The notes: generated by a model not told the origin, from the letters alone. Shown: positions 1 through 10,240, counted from the first letter of the stretch. The stretch: 64,000 nt of DNA from an uncultured Lentimicrobiaceae bacterium (GCA_964628285.1 CAZVNP010000008.1:4611-68610); one strand, 5' to 3'. A program made the numbers and translations.

Positions 1-661
1 ATTTGATCTCCGCCTCCACTTTTTGGGTGATGATGGTCCTGATATAAGGCATCCCCGAAAAATGAATTTTTGTGCCTGTCTGCGCTGCAAACCTGTTGGC
101 GTCGGCCTTGATCGCGTTAACAACATCGATCCGTTTGTTTGTGTTCAGCTTGTTCTGGTCCAGCGTGATGGCGATGACGGTGGCATCACCCTCGGCGTTG
201 AGCAGCAGACCCTGGTAAAAGGGTAGATCCAGGATGACCTTTTTCAAACTGTCAACGGCCTTTTGTGTGGAGGGCCGGTGTTCCACCACCTGCTGCAGAT
301 CGAATTTTTTTGTCCGTTCATTTTTCACCAGATCATAAAACCGGCCCAGGGACAAGACCTCCTGGACACCGTTTATTTTCTTTAAGGTATTGGTGAGATC
401 ATACAGATCATCATAAAAAGGGAGGTCAAAGATTCTCTTATCCTTGAATCCGATATACAGCACGGTACCATCCTCACCGAAGGTGCTCTTGAATTGTCTG
501 TACCTGATATTCGTGGAGTCATGCGATGGCAGCATGCTGGCCGCTTCATACGATATCTCCACGTCACGCGCCAAATACCCCATAAATCCCGTGATCAGGA
601 GGATCACTATGATATTGATCAGCCGGTTGCGTAAAATAAACCTGACGAGATAAGTCCACAT
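1..661 (-). CDS. RND/MMPL-superfamily predicted exporter, N-terminal part (gene continues past the left edge)
   Basis: Absent from the ORF track because no stop lies in the window. Hand translation of the reverse strand from ATG 661..659 gives MWTYLVRFILRNRLINIIVILLITGFMGYLARDVEISYEAASMLPSHDSTNIRYRQFKSTFGEDGTVLYIGFKDKRIFDL..., and I met no stop in the parts I translated. An N-terminal TM helix followed by a periplasmic loop is typical of COG1033-like exporters. Confidence 0.55.
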   Translation of the reverse strand, partial: MWTYLVRFILRNRLINIIVILLITGFMGYLARDVEISYEAASMLPSHDSTNIRYRQFKSTFGEDGTVLYIGFKDKRIFDLPFYDDLYDLTNTLKKINGVQEVLSLGRFYDLVKNERTKKFDLQQVVEHRPSTQKAVDSLKKVILDLPFYQGLLLNAEGDATVIAITLDQNKLNTNKRIDVVNAIKADANRFAAQTGTKIHFSGMPYIRTIITQKVEAEIK

Positions 662-841
662 ATCAGTACCTGCGATGGAGCAATGACTAAATCATTAGGG
701 CGTTTTCGGTTACAAAAGTATTCGAAATTAAGACATTCCGGAATAAAATAAAAGCCCGTGTTAAAAGTTGTTGATAACCAAATTATAATGGCTATGAAAG
801 GAGCGGATAATGGAAGAAATCCAAAATATCCAAAATAATAG

Positions 842-849
842 TAATTTTG
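842..849 (+). promoter_or_regulatory. Bacteroidetes-type -7 promoter box TAATTTTG upstream of pfk
   Basis: Exact match to TAnnTTTG, 29 nt upstream of ATG 878. No clear -33 TTTG. Confidence 0.35.
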
Positions 850-877
850 CCTTTTTTCAGTAACCAATCCGGTCAAC

Positions 878-2116
878 ATGAAGAAAGATAGCAAGTTATT
901 CCTGGGTAAGACGTTAGCCATCATGTCGGGTGGGGGTGACACGCCGGCTATCAACTCGAGCATCGAAGCCATCAGGAACAGGGCCTCCATGCTGGGTTTC
1001 AGGGTTTATGGCGTGCGTCATGGCTGGAAAGGATTACTGGGTGACGGTGATATCGTGGATCTGACCAACCAGCCTTATAATGGCTGGTATGGTGGCAGTG
1101 CCCTGCGGTCGAGCCGCACGAATCCCTTTCCGTCGAAAAAGAATCCTGAGAGCAGGGTGCCGCAGGTGTTACGCAACCTCAACCGCTATAAAATCGACGT
1201 GCTGGTGACCATAGGTGGCGACGATACCAACGGTGCCGCCAAACGTCTTTATGAGACCGAGGGCATCCCGGTCATAGGTTTCCCCAAGACCATCGACAAT
1301 GACTTGCGGACACGCACCATTCACAATTACCAAGGTAAGGCGATAGAAGCGGTGCTGTGCCCCGGATTCCCGTCGGCCGCCGCCGCCATAGCCGAATTTG
1401 CGGCACGCATCAGAACCACGGCCGAGTCACACTCACGCATCATCGTACTGGAGGTCATGGGCCGTGATGCCGGATGGCTGACAGGCGGCGTCATGTTCGG
1501 GGGCTATGACCTGGCCCTCATACCGGAATATGACATCACCAGGGAACGCAAGGATTTTTTTCTGGAGACGGTCAGGGAAGCTTATTATGATTCTCCTAAG
1601 AAAACATTGGTCATAGCCGTGGCCGAAGGGGTCAGGTGGTACGATAACATGAAGCAGAAGGTCGATGTCGTGTATGCCAGTTCCGAAGTGGATGAGTATG
1701 GTCATCCCCGTTTCGGCGGCATCAGCGGCATCATCGCCTCGGAGATAACCAACAAGCTTAAGATAGAAGCCCGGGCACAGATAACAGGCTATTATGCGCG
1801 GTCAGGGGATTGCAGCGAGTACGACCGACGCCTCACCATGACCCTCGCCGATAAGGTGGTCGACCTGCTCCTCAGGGAAGATTATGGTCAGATGCCCGTG
1901 ATGAAAAAAGTGGTGACCTATGACCACCTCGAAGAATACAACACGGCCACCATCGACATGGGTAAAATAGGCAGCCGCGAGCTGCCCGAAGAGTATTATG
2001 ATACCAACAGGTTCAAATTCACCGAAAGCTATTTCGATTTCTTACGGCATATTTTGAAATATCCCCGGCATTCGGCTTTTGAATATGATTTTCCGGTGGT
2101 CATCCCCGAGGAGTGA
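878..2116 (+). CDS. pfp: 6-phosphofructokinase family, residues suggest pyrophosphate-dependent (PPi-PFK)
   Basis: Motifs SGGGDTPAIN, TIGGDDTNGA, PKTIDNDL and MGRDAGWL. Asp116 (GAT 1223-1225) and Lys137 (AAG 1286-1288) occupy the positions of E. coli PfkA Gly104 and Gly124. Confidence 0.85.
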   Translation: MKKDSKLFLGKTLAIMSGGGDTPAINSSIEAIRNRASMLGFRVYGVRHGWKGLLGDGDIVDLTNQPYNGWYGGSALRSSRTNPFPSKKNPESRVPQVLRNLNRYKIDVLVTIGGDDTNGAAKRLYETEGIPVIGFPKTIDNDLRTRTIHNYQGKAIEAVLCPGFPSAAAAIAEFAARIRTTAESHSRIIVLEVMGRDAGWLTGGVMFGGYDLALIPEYDITRERKDFFLETVREAYYDSPKKTLVIAVAEGVRWYDNMKQKVDVVYASSEVDEYGHPRFGGISGIIASEITNKLKIEARAQITGYYARSGDCSEYDRRLTMTLADKVVDLLLREDYGQMPVMKKVVTYDHLEEYNTATIDMGKIGSRELPEEYYDTNRFKFTESYFDFLRHILKYPRHSAFEYDFPVVIPEE

Positions 2117-2144
2117 GACGGATAATGACAGAGATTGAATTTCA

Positions 2145-5100
2145 TTGGATTTACAGGAACTGATCGGATTATATGATGCGGATGCCAGGGTGCACCGCAT
2201 CGCCGGCCTGCTTCAAAACCAGGACAGGGCCAGGATATGGCTGAAAGGCATCATCGGTTCCCTGCAGGCCATCATTGGTGCGGCCGTGCATCACTACACC
2301 GGCTTCGACCATCTCTTTATCCTTCCTGATAAGGAAACGGCAGCATACTTCTATAACGATCTGGGTAATATTTTTGGAGAACAGCCTTCCGGCCTCACCA
2401 GGAATAAGGTCCTTTTCTATCCGGCCACTTACAGAAAACATTATCAGATAGACCATCCCGACAACTCCAACCTGCTGGTCAGGGCAGAGGTATTGAACCG
2501 CTTCGCCGGAGAAAGACATAAAAACATGGTGGTGACCTATCCCGAGGCCCTGTGCGAGAAAGTCATCAAAAGGAACACCGTTCATAAGAACCTGTTCCGG
2601 ATACAATCCGGTGACAAACTCTCGCCGGATTTTCTGGTGGATCTGCTGGCCGAGTATGATTTTGAGCGGGTGGACTTTGTCGTCGAACCCGGACAATATG
2701 CCCTTCGAGGCGGCATCGTGGATGTCTTCTCATTCACTCATGAGTTGCCTTTCCGTATTGAATTTGCAGGTGACACCATTGAGTCGCTGCGCTCCTTCAA
2801 TCCCGATGACCAGCTCTCGGTGGAGAAACTCACCCGCATGACCCTTCTGCCGAATATCCAGGACCGGCAGCAACAGGAAGAGAGGGAGTCGTTCCTGTCA
2901 TTTACCGGCAACGATACGGTGCTATGGATTGAAGACATCCCCTTCATGCTCGACAGGATCGCAGAGGAGTATGAAAGAGCCATTAAGACTTTAAAAGACC
3001 TTGAAGGGGAAGATAAAGAGATGCAGCCCGTGGAAAATCTGTTTGCCACGAAGAATGAGATACAGCGTGAAATGCTCGACTTCCCGGTCATCGAAATGGG
3101 TAAACAAAGCTATTTCAAACGGTCCGAGACGGTCATCTTTCACAACGCGCCACAGCCTTCATTCAATAAAGACTTTGATCTTCTGATAGATGATCTGGCG
3201 GAAAAAACCAAAGAGGACTACGTTAACCTGATCACCACCGACAGCCCCAAGCAACTGGAGCGGATTTACACCATTTTTGATGACATACATGCGCGCCGTG
3301 AGCCGGCGCCCGTGTTTGAATTCACTCCTTTGAACATACCCTTTCACGAAGGCTTTATCGACAAGGACAGAAATATTGCCTGTTATACCGATCATCAGAT
3401 CTTCGACCGCTACCAGCGTTTTTACCTCCAGGAACACTTCAGCGGTAAGGAGGCTATGACACTCAGGGAGTTGTACGACCTGAAACCGGGCGACTACGTC
3501 ACCCACATCGACCATGGAGTCGGTCGCTTCGCCGGTCTGGAGAAGATCGATAACAACGGCAGGCAACAGGAGGCCCTGCGGCTCGTATATGCTAACAACG
3601 ACCTGTTGTATGTCAGCATTCACTCCTTGCACCGTATAGCCAAGTACGTTGGAAAGGAGGGTACGGTGCCTAAACTGAACCGCCTCGGCTCCAATGCATG
3701 GGAGAAGCTCAAGAACAGAACCAAGCAGAAAGTCAAAGATATCGCCAAGGATCTGATAAAGCTCTATGCCAGGCGTAAATCCTCACGGGGCTTTCAGTTC
3801 TCCAGAGACACTTACCTGCAGGATGAACTCGAAGCTTCCTTCATTTATGAGGATACACCCGACCAGATAAAATCGACACAGGAAGTGAAGAACGACATGA
3901 TGATGGAGAGCCCCATGGACAGGCTGATATGCGGTGATGTGGGCTTTGGCAAGACGGAGGTGGCCATCAGGGCGGCTTTCAAAGCTGTGGCCGACAGCAA
4001 GCAGGTCGCCGTGCTCGTGCCCACCACCATCCTGGCCCTGCAGCATTACCACACCTTCTCCGAAAGACTGGAAGGATTCCCCTGCCGTGTGGATTATCTC
4101 AACCGTTTCAAAAGTTACCAGGCTCAGAAACAAACGATCCATGACATCTCCAATGGCGCCATCGACATCATCATAGGCACACACCGCCTGATAAGCAAGG
4201 ATGTGGCCTTCAAAGACCTGGGCCTGCTTATCATCGATGAAGAACAGAAATTTGGCGTGGCAGCCAAAGAAAAAATAAAGCAGCTGCGGGTGGAGGTGGA
4301 TACCCTGACCCTGACAGCCACACCCATACCCCGTACATTGCAGTTCTCGCTGATGGGCGCCCGCGACCTGTCGGTCATCAACACCCCGCCGCCTAACAGG
4401 TATCCCATCCTCACCGAACTTCACACATTTGACGAGGAGGTCATACGTGATGCCCTCAAATATGAGATTTCCAGGGGCGGACAAGCCTATTTCGTCCATA
4501 ACAGGGTACAGAATATTGAAGAAGTGGCCCATCTCGTCGAACGACTGGTCCCCGGTATAAAGGTTGCCGTGGGCCACGGACAGATGAAAGGGCTCTCGCT
4601 GGAACGCAGCATGCGCGATTTTATCGAAGGGTACTATGATGTACTCGTCGCCACCACCATCATTGAATCAGGCCTCGACATCCCCAATGTGAACACCATC
4701 ATCATCAATGAAGCGCATCACTATGGCCTGAGTGACCTGCATCAGTTAAGGGGACGTGTGGGACGCTCCAATAAAAAAGCCTTCTGTTATCTCCTGGCAC
4801 CACCCCTATCTGTCCTCACCCCCGAAGCCAGAAAAAGACTGAAAGCCATAGAGGAGTTCTCCGATCTGGGCAGCGGCTTTCAAATCGCCATGCGCGACCT
4901 GGATATCAGAGGCGCCGGCAATATCCTCGGAGCCGAGCAGAGCGGTTTCATTTCCGAAATAGGCTTCGAGATGTACCAGAAAATACTCAATGAAGCCTTA
5001 CAGGAACTGAAAGAAAGCGAATTCAGCGGACTGTTTGAGAAGAAAGAAGAGAAGGAGTTTGTCAGAGACTGCGTCATTGAAACAGACCTGGAAATTTTGA

Positions 5101-5516
5101 TACCGGATGAATACGTCTCAAATATTGCCGAACGTCTGAATCTTTATAAGGAACTCGACAGTATTGAGACCGAGAAAGCATTAATGGACTTTCAGGCCCA
5201 CCTCATCGACCGTTTTGGTCCCATACCTCCTCCGGTGAGTGAATTGATCGATACTATCCGGCTGCGATGGCTCGCCCGCAAAATAGGAATTGAAAAAATA
5301 ATCCTGAAATCGGACCAGATGATCGGTCATTTTGTTAATAATCAGCACTCGGGTTTTTATAAGTCAAAGATATTCGCGGGCATCATCGATTTCCTGAAAA
5401 ACAATCCGAAGAATTACAGGCTGCAGGAGAAGAACGAAAAGCTGACCATTGTCATAGGAGAGGTGGATTCAATCGGCGGTGCCAACAAAGCCTTATCGGA
5501 ATTGTCACCGACATAA
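2145..5516 (+). CDS. mfd: Transcription-repair coupling factor Mfd
   Basis: 1123 aa. Has the CarD-like segment (DYVTHIDHGVGRF), helicase motifs GDVGFGKTEVA, DEEQKFGV and TATPIPRT, and the TRG region. TTG start. Confidence 0.95.
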   Translation: MDLQELIGLYDADARVHRIAGLLQNQDRARIWLKGIIGSLQAIIGAAVHHYTGFDHLFILPDKETAAYFYNDLGNIFGEQPSGLTRNKVLFYPATYRKHYQIDHPDNSNLLVRAEVLNRFAGERHKNMVVTYPEALCEKVIKRNTVHKNLFRIQSGDKLSPDFLVDLLAEYDFERVDFVVEPGQYALRGGIVDVFSFTHELPFRIEFAGDTIESLRSFNPDDQLSVEKLTRMTLLPNIQDRQQQEERESFLSFTGNDTVLWIEDIPFMLDRIAEEYERAIKTLKDLEGEDKEMQPVENLFATKNEIQREMLDFPVIEMGKQSYFKRSETVIFHNAPQPSFNKDFDLLIDDLAEKTKEDYVNLITTDSPKQLERIYTIFDDIHARREPAPVFEFTPLNIPFHEGFIDKDRNIACYTDHQIFDRYQRFYLQEHFSGKEAMTLRELYDLKPGDYVTHIDHGVGRFAGLEKIDNNGRQQEALRLVYANNDLLYVSIHSLHRIAKYVGKEGTVPKLNRLGSNAWEKLKNRTKQKVKDIAKDLIKLYARRKSSRGFQFSRDTYLQDELEASFIYEDTPDQIKSTQEVKNDMMMESPMDRLICGDVGFGKTEVAIRAAFKAVADSKQVAVLVPTTILALQHYHTFSERLEGFPCRVDYLNRFKSYQAQKQTIHDISNGAIDIIIGTHRLISKDVAFKDLGLLIIDEEQKFGVAAKEKIKQLRVEVDTLTLTATPIPRTLQFSLMGARDLSVINTPPPNRYPILTELHTFDEEVIRDALKYEISRGGQAYFVHNRVQNIEEVAHLVERLVPGIKVAVGHGQMKGLSLERSMRDFIEGYYDVLVATTIIESGLDIPNVNTIIINEAHHYGLSDLHQLRGRVGRSNKKAFCYLLAPPLSVLTPEARKRLKAIEEFSDLGSGFQIAMRDLDIRGAGNILGAEQSGFISEIGFEMYQKILNEALQELKESEFSGLFEKKEEKEFVRDCVIETDLEILIPDEYVSNIAERLNLYKELDSIETEKALMDFQAHLIDRFGPIPPPVSELIDTIRLRWLARKIGIEKIILKSDQMIGHFVNNQHSGFYKSKIFAGIIDFLKNNPKNYRLQEKNEKLTIVIGEVDSIGGANKALSELSPT

Positions 5517-5583
5517 AGATTAAAAATTCATAAAAAATTTTTTTAGTCCGTAACATTGCCATAATTTCGTCAAAATAAACCCT

Positions 5584-6330
5584 TTGACCGTGACCGATCG
5601 TTTAGTCATTATCCCCACTTACAACGAAAAGGAAAACATTGAGAAAATCATACGCAAGGTTTTTTCTTTAGATAAGGAATTCCATATTCTCATCATCGAG
5701 GACAATTCTCCCGACGGTACTGCCGATATTATCAAACGGCTCATGATAGAATTTCCTGACCGTTTGTTCATCGAGGAGCGTAAAGGCAAGCTGGGGCTGG
5801 GGACCGCCTATCTGCGCGGCTTCAGGTGGGCACTGAAGAGGGACTACAATTATATTTTTGAGATGGATGCGGATTTCTCACATAATCCCGAGGATCTGCT
5901 GCGCCTGTATGATGCCTGTGCCAGTGAGGGTGCCGACCTGGCCATCGGATCACGTTACATTAATGGTGTTAACGTGGTAAATTGGCCTATGGGTCGGGTG
6001 CTGATGTCGTACTATGCATCGGCTTATGTGCGTTTTATTACGGGCATGCCCGTGAGAGATGCCACCGCCGGATTTAAATGTTATACGCGCCGTGTGCTCC
6101 AGGCTATCAATTTCGACAAAATAAGGTTTGTGGGCTATGCCTTTCAGATTGAGATGAAATATACCGCCTGGAAGCTGGGATTTAAGATAAAAGAGGTCCC
6201 CATTGTTTTTACCGACCGCACCCAGGGAGTCTCCAAGATGAGCTCCGGCATCTTTAAGGAAGCGGTTTTCGGCGTGATCAGCCTCCGCCTGAAGAATATA
6301 AAAAAGTTGCATGCCGGAGAATCGAAATAA
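5584..6330 (+). CDS. GT2 polyprenol/dolichol-phosphate mannosyltransferase-like glycosyltransferase
   Basis: VIIPTYNEKENI, IIEDNSPDGT and FEMDADFSH (the DAD motif) are typical of Dpm1/Ppm1-like GT2 enzymes. The start (TTG 5584 or GTG 5590) is uncertain. Confidence 0.8.
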   Translation: MTVTDRLVIIPTYNEKENIEKIIRKVFSLDKEFHILIIEDNSPDGTADIIKRLMIEFPDRLFIEERKGKLGLGTAYLRGFRWALKRDYNYIFEMDADFSHNPEDLLRLYDACASEGADLAIGSRYINGVNVVNWPMGRVLMSYYASAYVRFITGMPVRDATAGFKCYTRRVLQAINFDKIRFVGYAFQIEMKYTAWKLGFKIKEVPIVFTDRTQGVSKMSSGIFKEAVFGVISLRLKNIKKLHAGESK

Positions 6331-6382
6331 GAGATGGTGGTGATAAACATTATCATACACACGTTTTAAAATATTCTTTCCC

Positions 6383-7729
6383 ATGAAAAAGGATTTTTAT
6401 CTGGTCAATGCCGTAATCGTCAACGAAGGTGAGTCATTCCACGGGGAGCTCCTCATCAGGGACGGATGGATCGACAGGATCACCAGGGGTGAGAGCACTC
6501 ATCACCAGGGGCACCTGGATGTCGTCGACCTGCAGGGACGATTTTTAATACCAGGAGTCATCGACGATCATGTTCACTTCAGGGAACCCGGTTTAACTTA
6601 CAAGGGTGACATCCTGTCGGAGAGCCGTGCGGCTGTCGCCGGTGGTGTCACATCGTTCATGGATATGCCCAACACCGTCCCGCCGGTGTTGTCACAGCAT
6701 GTCCTGAGCGAAAAATACCGCCTGGCCGCACACATATCTTTGGCCAATTTTTCTTTTTACATGGGCACATCCAATGATAATCTCAATGAGGTTCTGAGAA
6801 CGGATCCTTCGCAGGTATGCGGCGTCAAGGTATTTATGGGCACCTCGACGGGTAACCTTACCGTTGACGACCCCGCCGTGCTGGAAGCCCTTTTCTCACG
6901 CTCCCCGGTGCTCATCGCCGTGCATTGTGAGGATGACCGGATCATCAGGAAGAACATGCAGACATTCAGGGAAAAATATGGCGACCATATTCCTGCCGCC
7001 GCGCATCCCCTGATCAGGGATGCCCAGGCCTGTTACAGCTCCAGCTCACAGGCCGTGCGTATGGCACGGGAGCACGGAACCCGGTTGCACGTGCTGCACC
7101 TGTCGACGGACGTTGAGCTTGGACTGTTCGATAAAGATGTGCCTCTCGAAAAGAAAAACATAACATCGGAAGTGTGTGTGCATCATCTGTGGTTCTCCGA
7201 CGTTGACTATGAGAGGCTGGGAAACAGGATCAAATGGAATCCTGCCATTAAGAGTGCAGAAGATAAGCAATCCTTGTTCCGGGCACTCTTCGATAACAGG
7301 ATTGATGTGATCGCCACCGACCATGCCCCTCATACCCTCGATGAGAAGAACAGAGAGTACGTTAACGCACCCTCGGGAGCTCCTTTTGTACAGCATTCTC
7401 TGGTGGTCATGATGGAATTTTATCACCGTGGAATGATATCCGTTGAGAAAGTGGTGGATATGATGTGCCATCATCCGGCTGTGTGTTTCCATATCGACAG
7501 GCGGGGCTTTATCCGTGAAGGCTACCACGCCGACCTCACCGTGATAGGCCCGCATGACGGCTGGACAGTGAATACGTCAAACATACAGTATAAATGCGGC
7601 TGGTCACCACTGGAAGGTGAGACATTCCATTCGGCCGTTACACATACTTTTGTGAATGGTCATGCCGTTTATAACATGGATAAAATTGATGAATCGGTGA
7701 AAGGACACTGGCTACTGTTTACCCGGTAA
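6383..7729 (+). CDS. pyrC: Dihydroorotase (cyclic amidohydrolase family)
   Basis: GVIDDHVHFREPG metal-binding motif, a later ATDHAPH motif, and a length of 448 aa. Confidence 0.8.
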   Translation: MKKDFYLVNAVIVNEGESFHGELLIRDGWIDRITRGESTHHQGHLDVVDLQGRFLIPGVIDDHVHFREPGLTYKGDILSESRAAVAGGVTSFMDMPNTVPPVLSQHVLSEKYRLAAHISLANFSFYMGTSNDNLNEVLRTDPSQVCGVKVFMGTSTGNLTVDDPAVLEALFSRSPVLIAVHCEDDRIIRKNMQTFREKYGDHIPAAAHPLIRDAQACYSSSSQAVRMAREHGTRLHVLHLSTDVELGLFDKDVPLEKKNITSEVCVHHLWFSDVDYERLGNRIKWNPAIKSAEDKQSLFRALFDNRIDVIATDHAPHTLDEKNREYVNAPSGAPFVQHSLVVMMEFYHRGMISVEKVVDMMCHHPAVCFHIDRRGFIREGYHADLTVIGPHDGWTVNTSNIQYKCGWSPLEGETFHSAVTHTFVNGHAVYNMDKIDESVKGHWLLFTR

Positions 7730-7761
7730 GGTATTGTTTCCCTGTCATTAAACAGCTCGAT

Positions 7762-8481
7762 ATGAATACGAACAGAAATAAGGTCCGCATCCTGTTTTTT
7801 CTTGCATTGCCGTTTTTTCTTTATGGCTGTGGCCACCGCATGGTCACTGTGACGGTGAGCACTTTCAGCGACGGGAACTCCAATCAAACTTGCTATTATC
7901 AGGTTAGAGGTAATGACAGTTCCCTTGTCAAAGAAATGTTTTATTACCAGAATAAAAATCCACGTTTACAGGGTGAATTTGTCCGTGATACCGTACTGAA
8001 CGGCTTATGGACAGGATGGTACGACAACGGGCAGAAACTGTTTGAAGCCGTTTTTGCTGACGGGAAACGGAACGGGAACTGGAAGATATGGGATTTCAGC
8101 GGAAAAGAGTGTCAGGATAGCCTGTTCCAGGTGAAAGAGGATACGGTGGGATTGCCCTCTCTTATTAAATTTTTTTCTGTATCGGACAATGGAAAAGAAC
8201 TGACCGCATTGGTTGATTTTTATCCCAATCATTGCATCAAATCGGCAGGTACTATTAAGGGCAATAAGAAAAACGGCAAGTGGACCGTTTGGTACGACGA
8301 CGGAACAAAATGGAGCGAAGGGGAGTTTAAATTTGATGTCGGCGATGGCCTGCGGACGGTGTATTACCCTGACGGGAAGAAATACTATGAGGGAAAGTAC
8401 CTGCTGGGTGAAAAAATGGGCGAGTGGACATTCTGGAATGAACGCGGGGATGTGATCAGGCAGGTGACTTATAAACATTGA
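7762..8481 (+). CDS. MORN-variant repeat (YwqK-like) lipoprotein
   Basis: Lipobox FLYGC. Repeated G-W-x-W-Y-x-x-G-x-K units (NGLWTGWYDNGQK, NGKWTVWYDDGTK, MGEWTFWNERGD). Confidence 0.6.
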   Translation: MNTNRNKVRILFFLALPFFLYGCGHRMVTVTVSTFSDGNSNQTCYYQVRGNDSSLVKEMFYYQNKNPRLQGEFVRDTVLNGLWTGWYDNGQKLFEAVFADGKRNGNWKIWDFSGKECQDSLFQVKEDTVGLPSLIKFFSVSDNGKELTALVDFYPNHCIKSAGTIKGNKKNGKWTVWYDDGTKWSEGEFKFDVGDGLRTVYYPDGKKYYEGKYLLGEKMGEWTFWNERGDVIRQVTYKH

Positions 8482-8543
8482 TTTGGCAATAGCGTGTCGA
8501 TATGTTATTTTTGAGCCTTAAAATTTCTGACCGAAAAGATTAA

Positions 8544-9804
8544 ATGATGAAAATACCGGTATTGACCATTGCCTTAAGTTTTATTCTCATGGTGAAGCTG
8601 GCTGCCGGCCAGGGTTTACCACCGGGATGGGATTATACGCCCACGAATGTTGATCATGTCATCGCTGTCAGGTTGACAACCAATCCCAATATCAACGGTG
8701 TTCCTCTGGAAGCGGGGGATTACATCGGCGTTTTTTATTATAGCGACGGGATACAATATTGCGGGGGAGCGGAAGAATGGAACGGGACCTCCAACATAGC
8801 CGTCATCACCTATGGCGATGATGTTACCACCCCCCTCGAAAGACGGCTTCTATACCGGTGAGAGTTTCAACTGGAGGGTTTACTCCTGGTCGTCGGAGAT
8901 GGAATATGAAGCCATGGCCACCTACGATCCGGCCTATGCTCAGAACGACGGCACCTTTTATCCTTATGGGTTTTCAGCCCTTGAAAGCCTCGATGCCGAT
9001 GATCTGACGGTGACGGTGACCGTTGCCGACGATACCATCTGTGAGGGTGTGGGTACACAGCTGTTCTCATCGGTGAGCGGCGCCTCGGGTGTCTATACCT
9101 ATAACTGGTCGTCAGCACCTTCAGGCTTCACCTCCGGCGATCCCGAGCCTGTGGTTGATCCGTCGGTTGACACACGGTACTTTCTGGAGGTGACCACCTA
9201 CCTTGCAGCGGCCACCGACTCGGTCGACGTCACAGTCATACCGGCGGCACCTCTGTATCTTTATTTGCAGAATCAAACGGTAAGCGATACCGAGGATTTC
9301 ACCGGTAATGTGATCGCTGCGCGTCAGACCGTGACCGACCCGCCGGAAGGTCCTTTTATCATCGAAACGGGAGCCATAGTGAACTTTGAAGGCGGCGATA
9401 CCGTTTACCTGAAAGATGGTTTCAGCGCTCAAACCGGATGTGAATTCAGGGCTTATATCGGCGACATTCCCTGCCTGCAAGTGCCGCCGTTATTGCCGGG
9501 GATTATCGTACAACAGGAAACGGACGACGGCATCATCATGTACGCGGGCTGCAATGACGCATGGCAGAGCATATCCATATACCCCAATCCTTCAGAAGGT
9601 ATCTTCCACGTCCGCATCACCGGATTGAATCATGAAGAGGTATTGTGTGAGGTGATAGACCTGATGGGAAATGTTATGTTCGACAGGACCAGAATAACGG
9701 ATCCGGAGTTCGTCATCAACCTGGGTGATCGTCCCAATGGTATTTACCTGGTCAGGATGCTGAGCCGGAACGGCACCAAGGTCACGAAACTCATCAAAAA
9801 GTAA
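8544..9804 (+). pseudogene. T9SS-sorted secreted protein interrupted by a +1 frameshift in a C6 tract (8830-8835)
   Basis: ORF 8544..8861 (signal peptide MMKIPVLTIALSFILMVKLAAG) and ORF 8812..9804 read as one protein (...ITYGDDVTTP|SKDGFYTGESFNWRVYS...) if one C is removed. The C-terminus (ISIYPNPSEGIFHVRI...GIYLVRMLSRNGTKVTKLIKK) is a type-A T9SS sorting domain. Confidence 0.6.
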
Positions 9805-9839
9805 GACATCCTGACTGTATCGCGTGAGAGGTTTCTTTC

Positions 9840-10223
9840 CTAAAATTTATTTCTTTTCAGCCTGACGATCTGCCTGCGTTCCTTTTTTGTGGGACGGCCT
9901 GTGCCCCTGTCCCTGATCTCGAAGTTCATCTCTTTCTTCAGCCGCAGTTGTTCATATTCCTCCTCGGGGGTGACATCCTTCACAAAGTCACCCGCCAGTT
10001 TGGCCGAGACCCGGTTTTTAATGATCCCCGTCACCTGAAAACTCTTGGTCAGGAGACCGACATCCACCGTGATGATCTCCTGGAGCTTCACTTCATGCGA
10101 TGGCTTGACAGGATGACCGTTGATCCTGACTTTACCTCCATGACAGGCGATACCGGCCTGATTGCGGGTCTTGAAGACCCTCACGGCCCATAGCCATTTG
10201 TCTATTCTTACGGCTTCATCCAA
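9840..10223 (-). CDS. hslR: Ribosome-associated heat-shock protein Hsp15 (S4 RNA-binding domain)
   Basis: RIDKWLWAVRVFKTR...GGKVRINGHPVKPS and the C-terminal RPTKKERRQIVRLKR closely parallel E. coli HslR. TTG start. Confidence 0.75.
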   Translation of the reverse strand: MDEAVRIDKWLWAVRVFKTRNQAGIACHGGKVRINGHPVKPSHEVKLQEIITVDVGLLTKSFQVTGIIKNRVSAKLAGDFVKDVTPEEEYEQLRLKKEMNFEIRDRGTGRPTKKERRQIVRLKRNKF

Positions 10224-10240
10224 GGTATGAGGTATTTAAT

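Noticed and set aside
619-990. A 123-aa minus-strand ORF spanning the exporter/pfk intergenic region.
   Set aside because: It overlaps the pfk start, the pfk promoter box and the exporter start. It is hydrophobic and low-complexity with no motif. The real minus-strand gene starts at 661 in another frame.
3783-4577. A 264-aa ORF antisense to mfd. Similar long antisense ORFs occur at 2169-2696, 7046-7555, 8005-8478, 18495-19214, 27009-27503, 43033-43461, 48142-48618 and 49885-50355.
   Set aside because: Each lies entirely inside a confidently identified gene on the opposite strand. Their compositions are biased (His/Gly/Arg/Val-rich) with no motifs, which is typical of shadow ORFs.
7762-8481. 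The YwqK-like MORN-repeat protein as an antitoxin of a toxin-antitoxin pair.
   Set aside because: There is no adjacent toxin-like gene. The protein has a lipoprotein signal and looks like a standalone repeat protein, so the antitoxin label of the family does not apply here.
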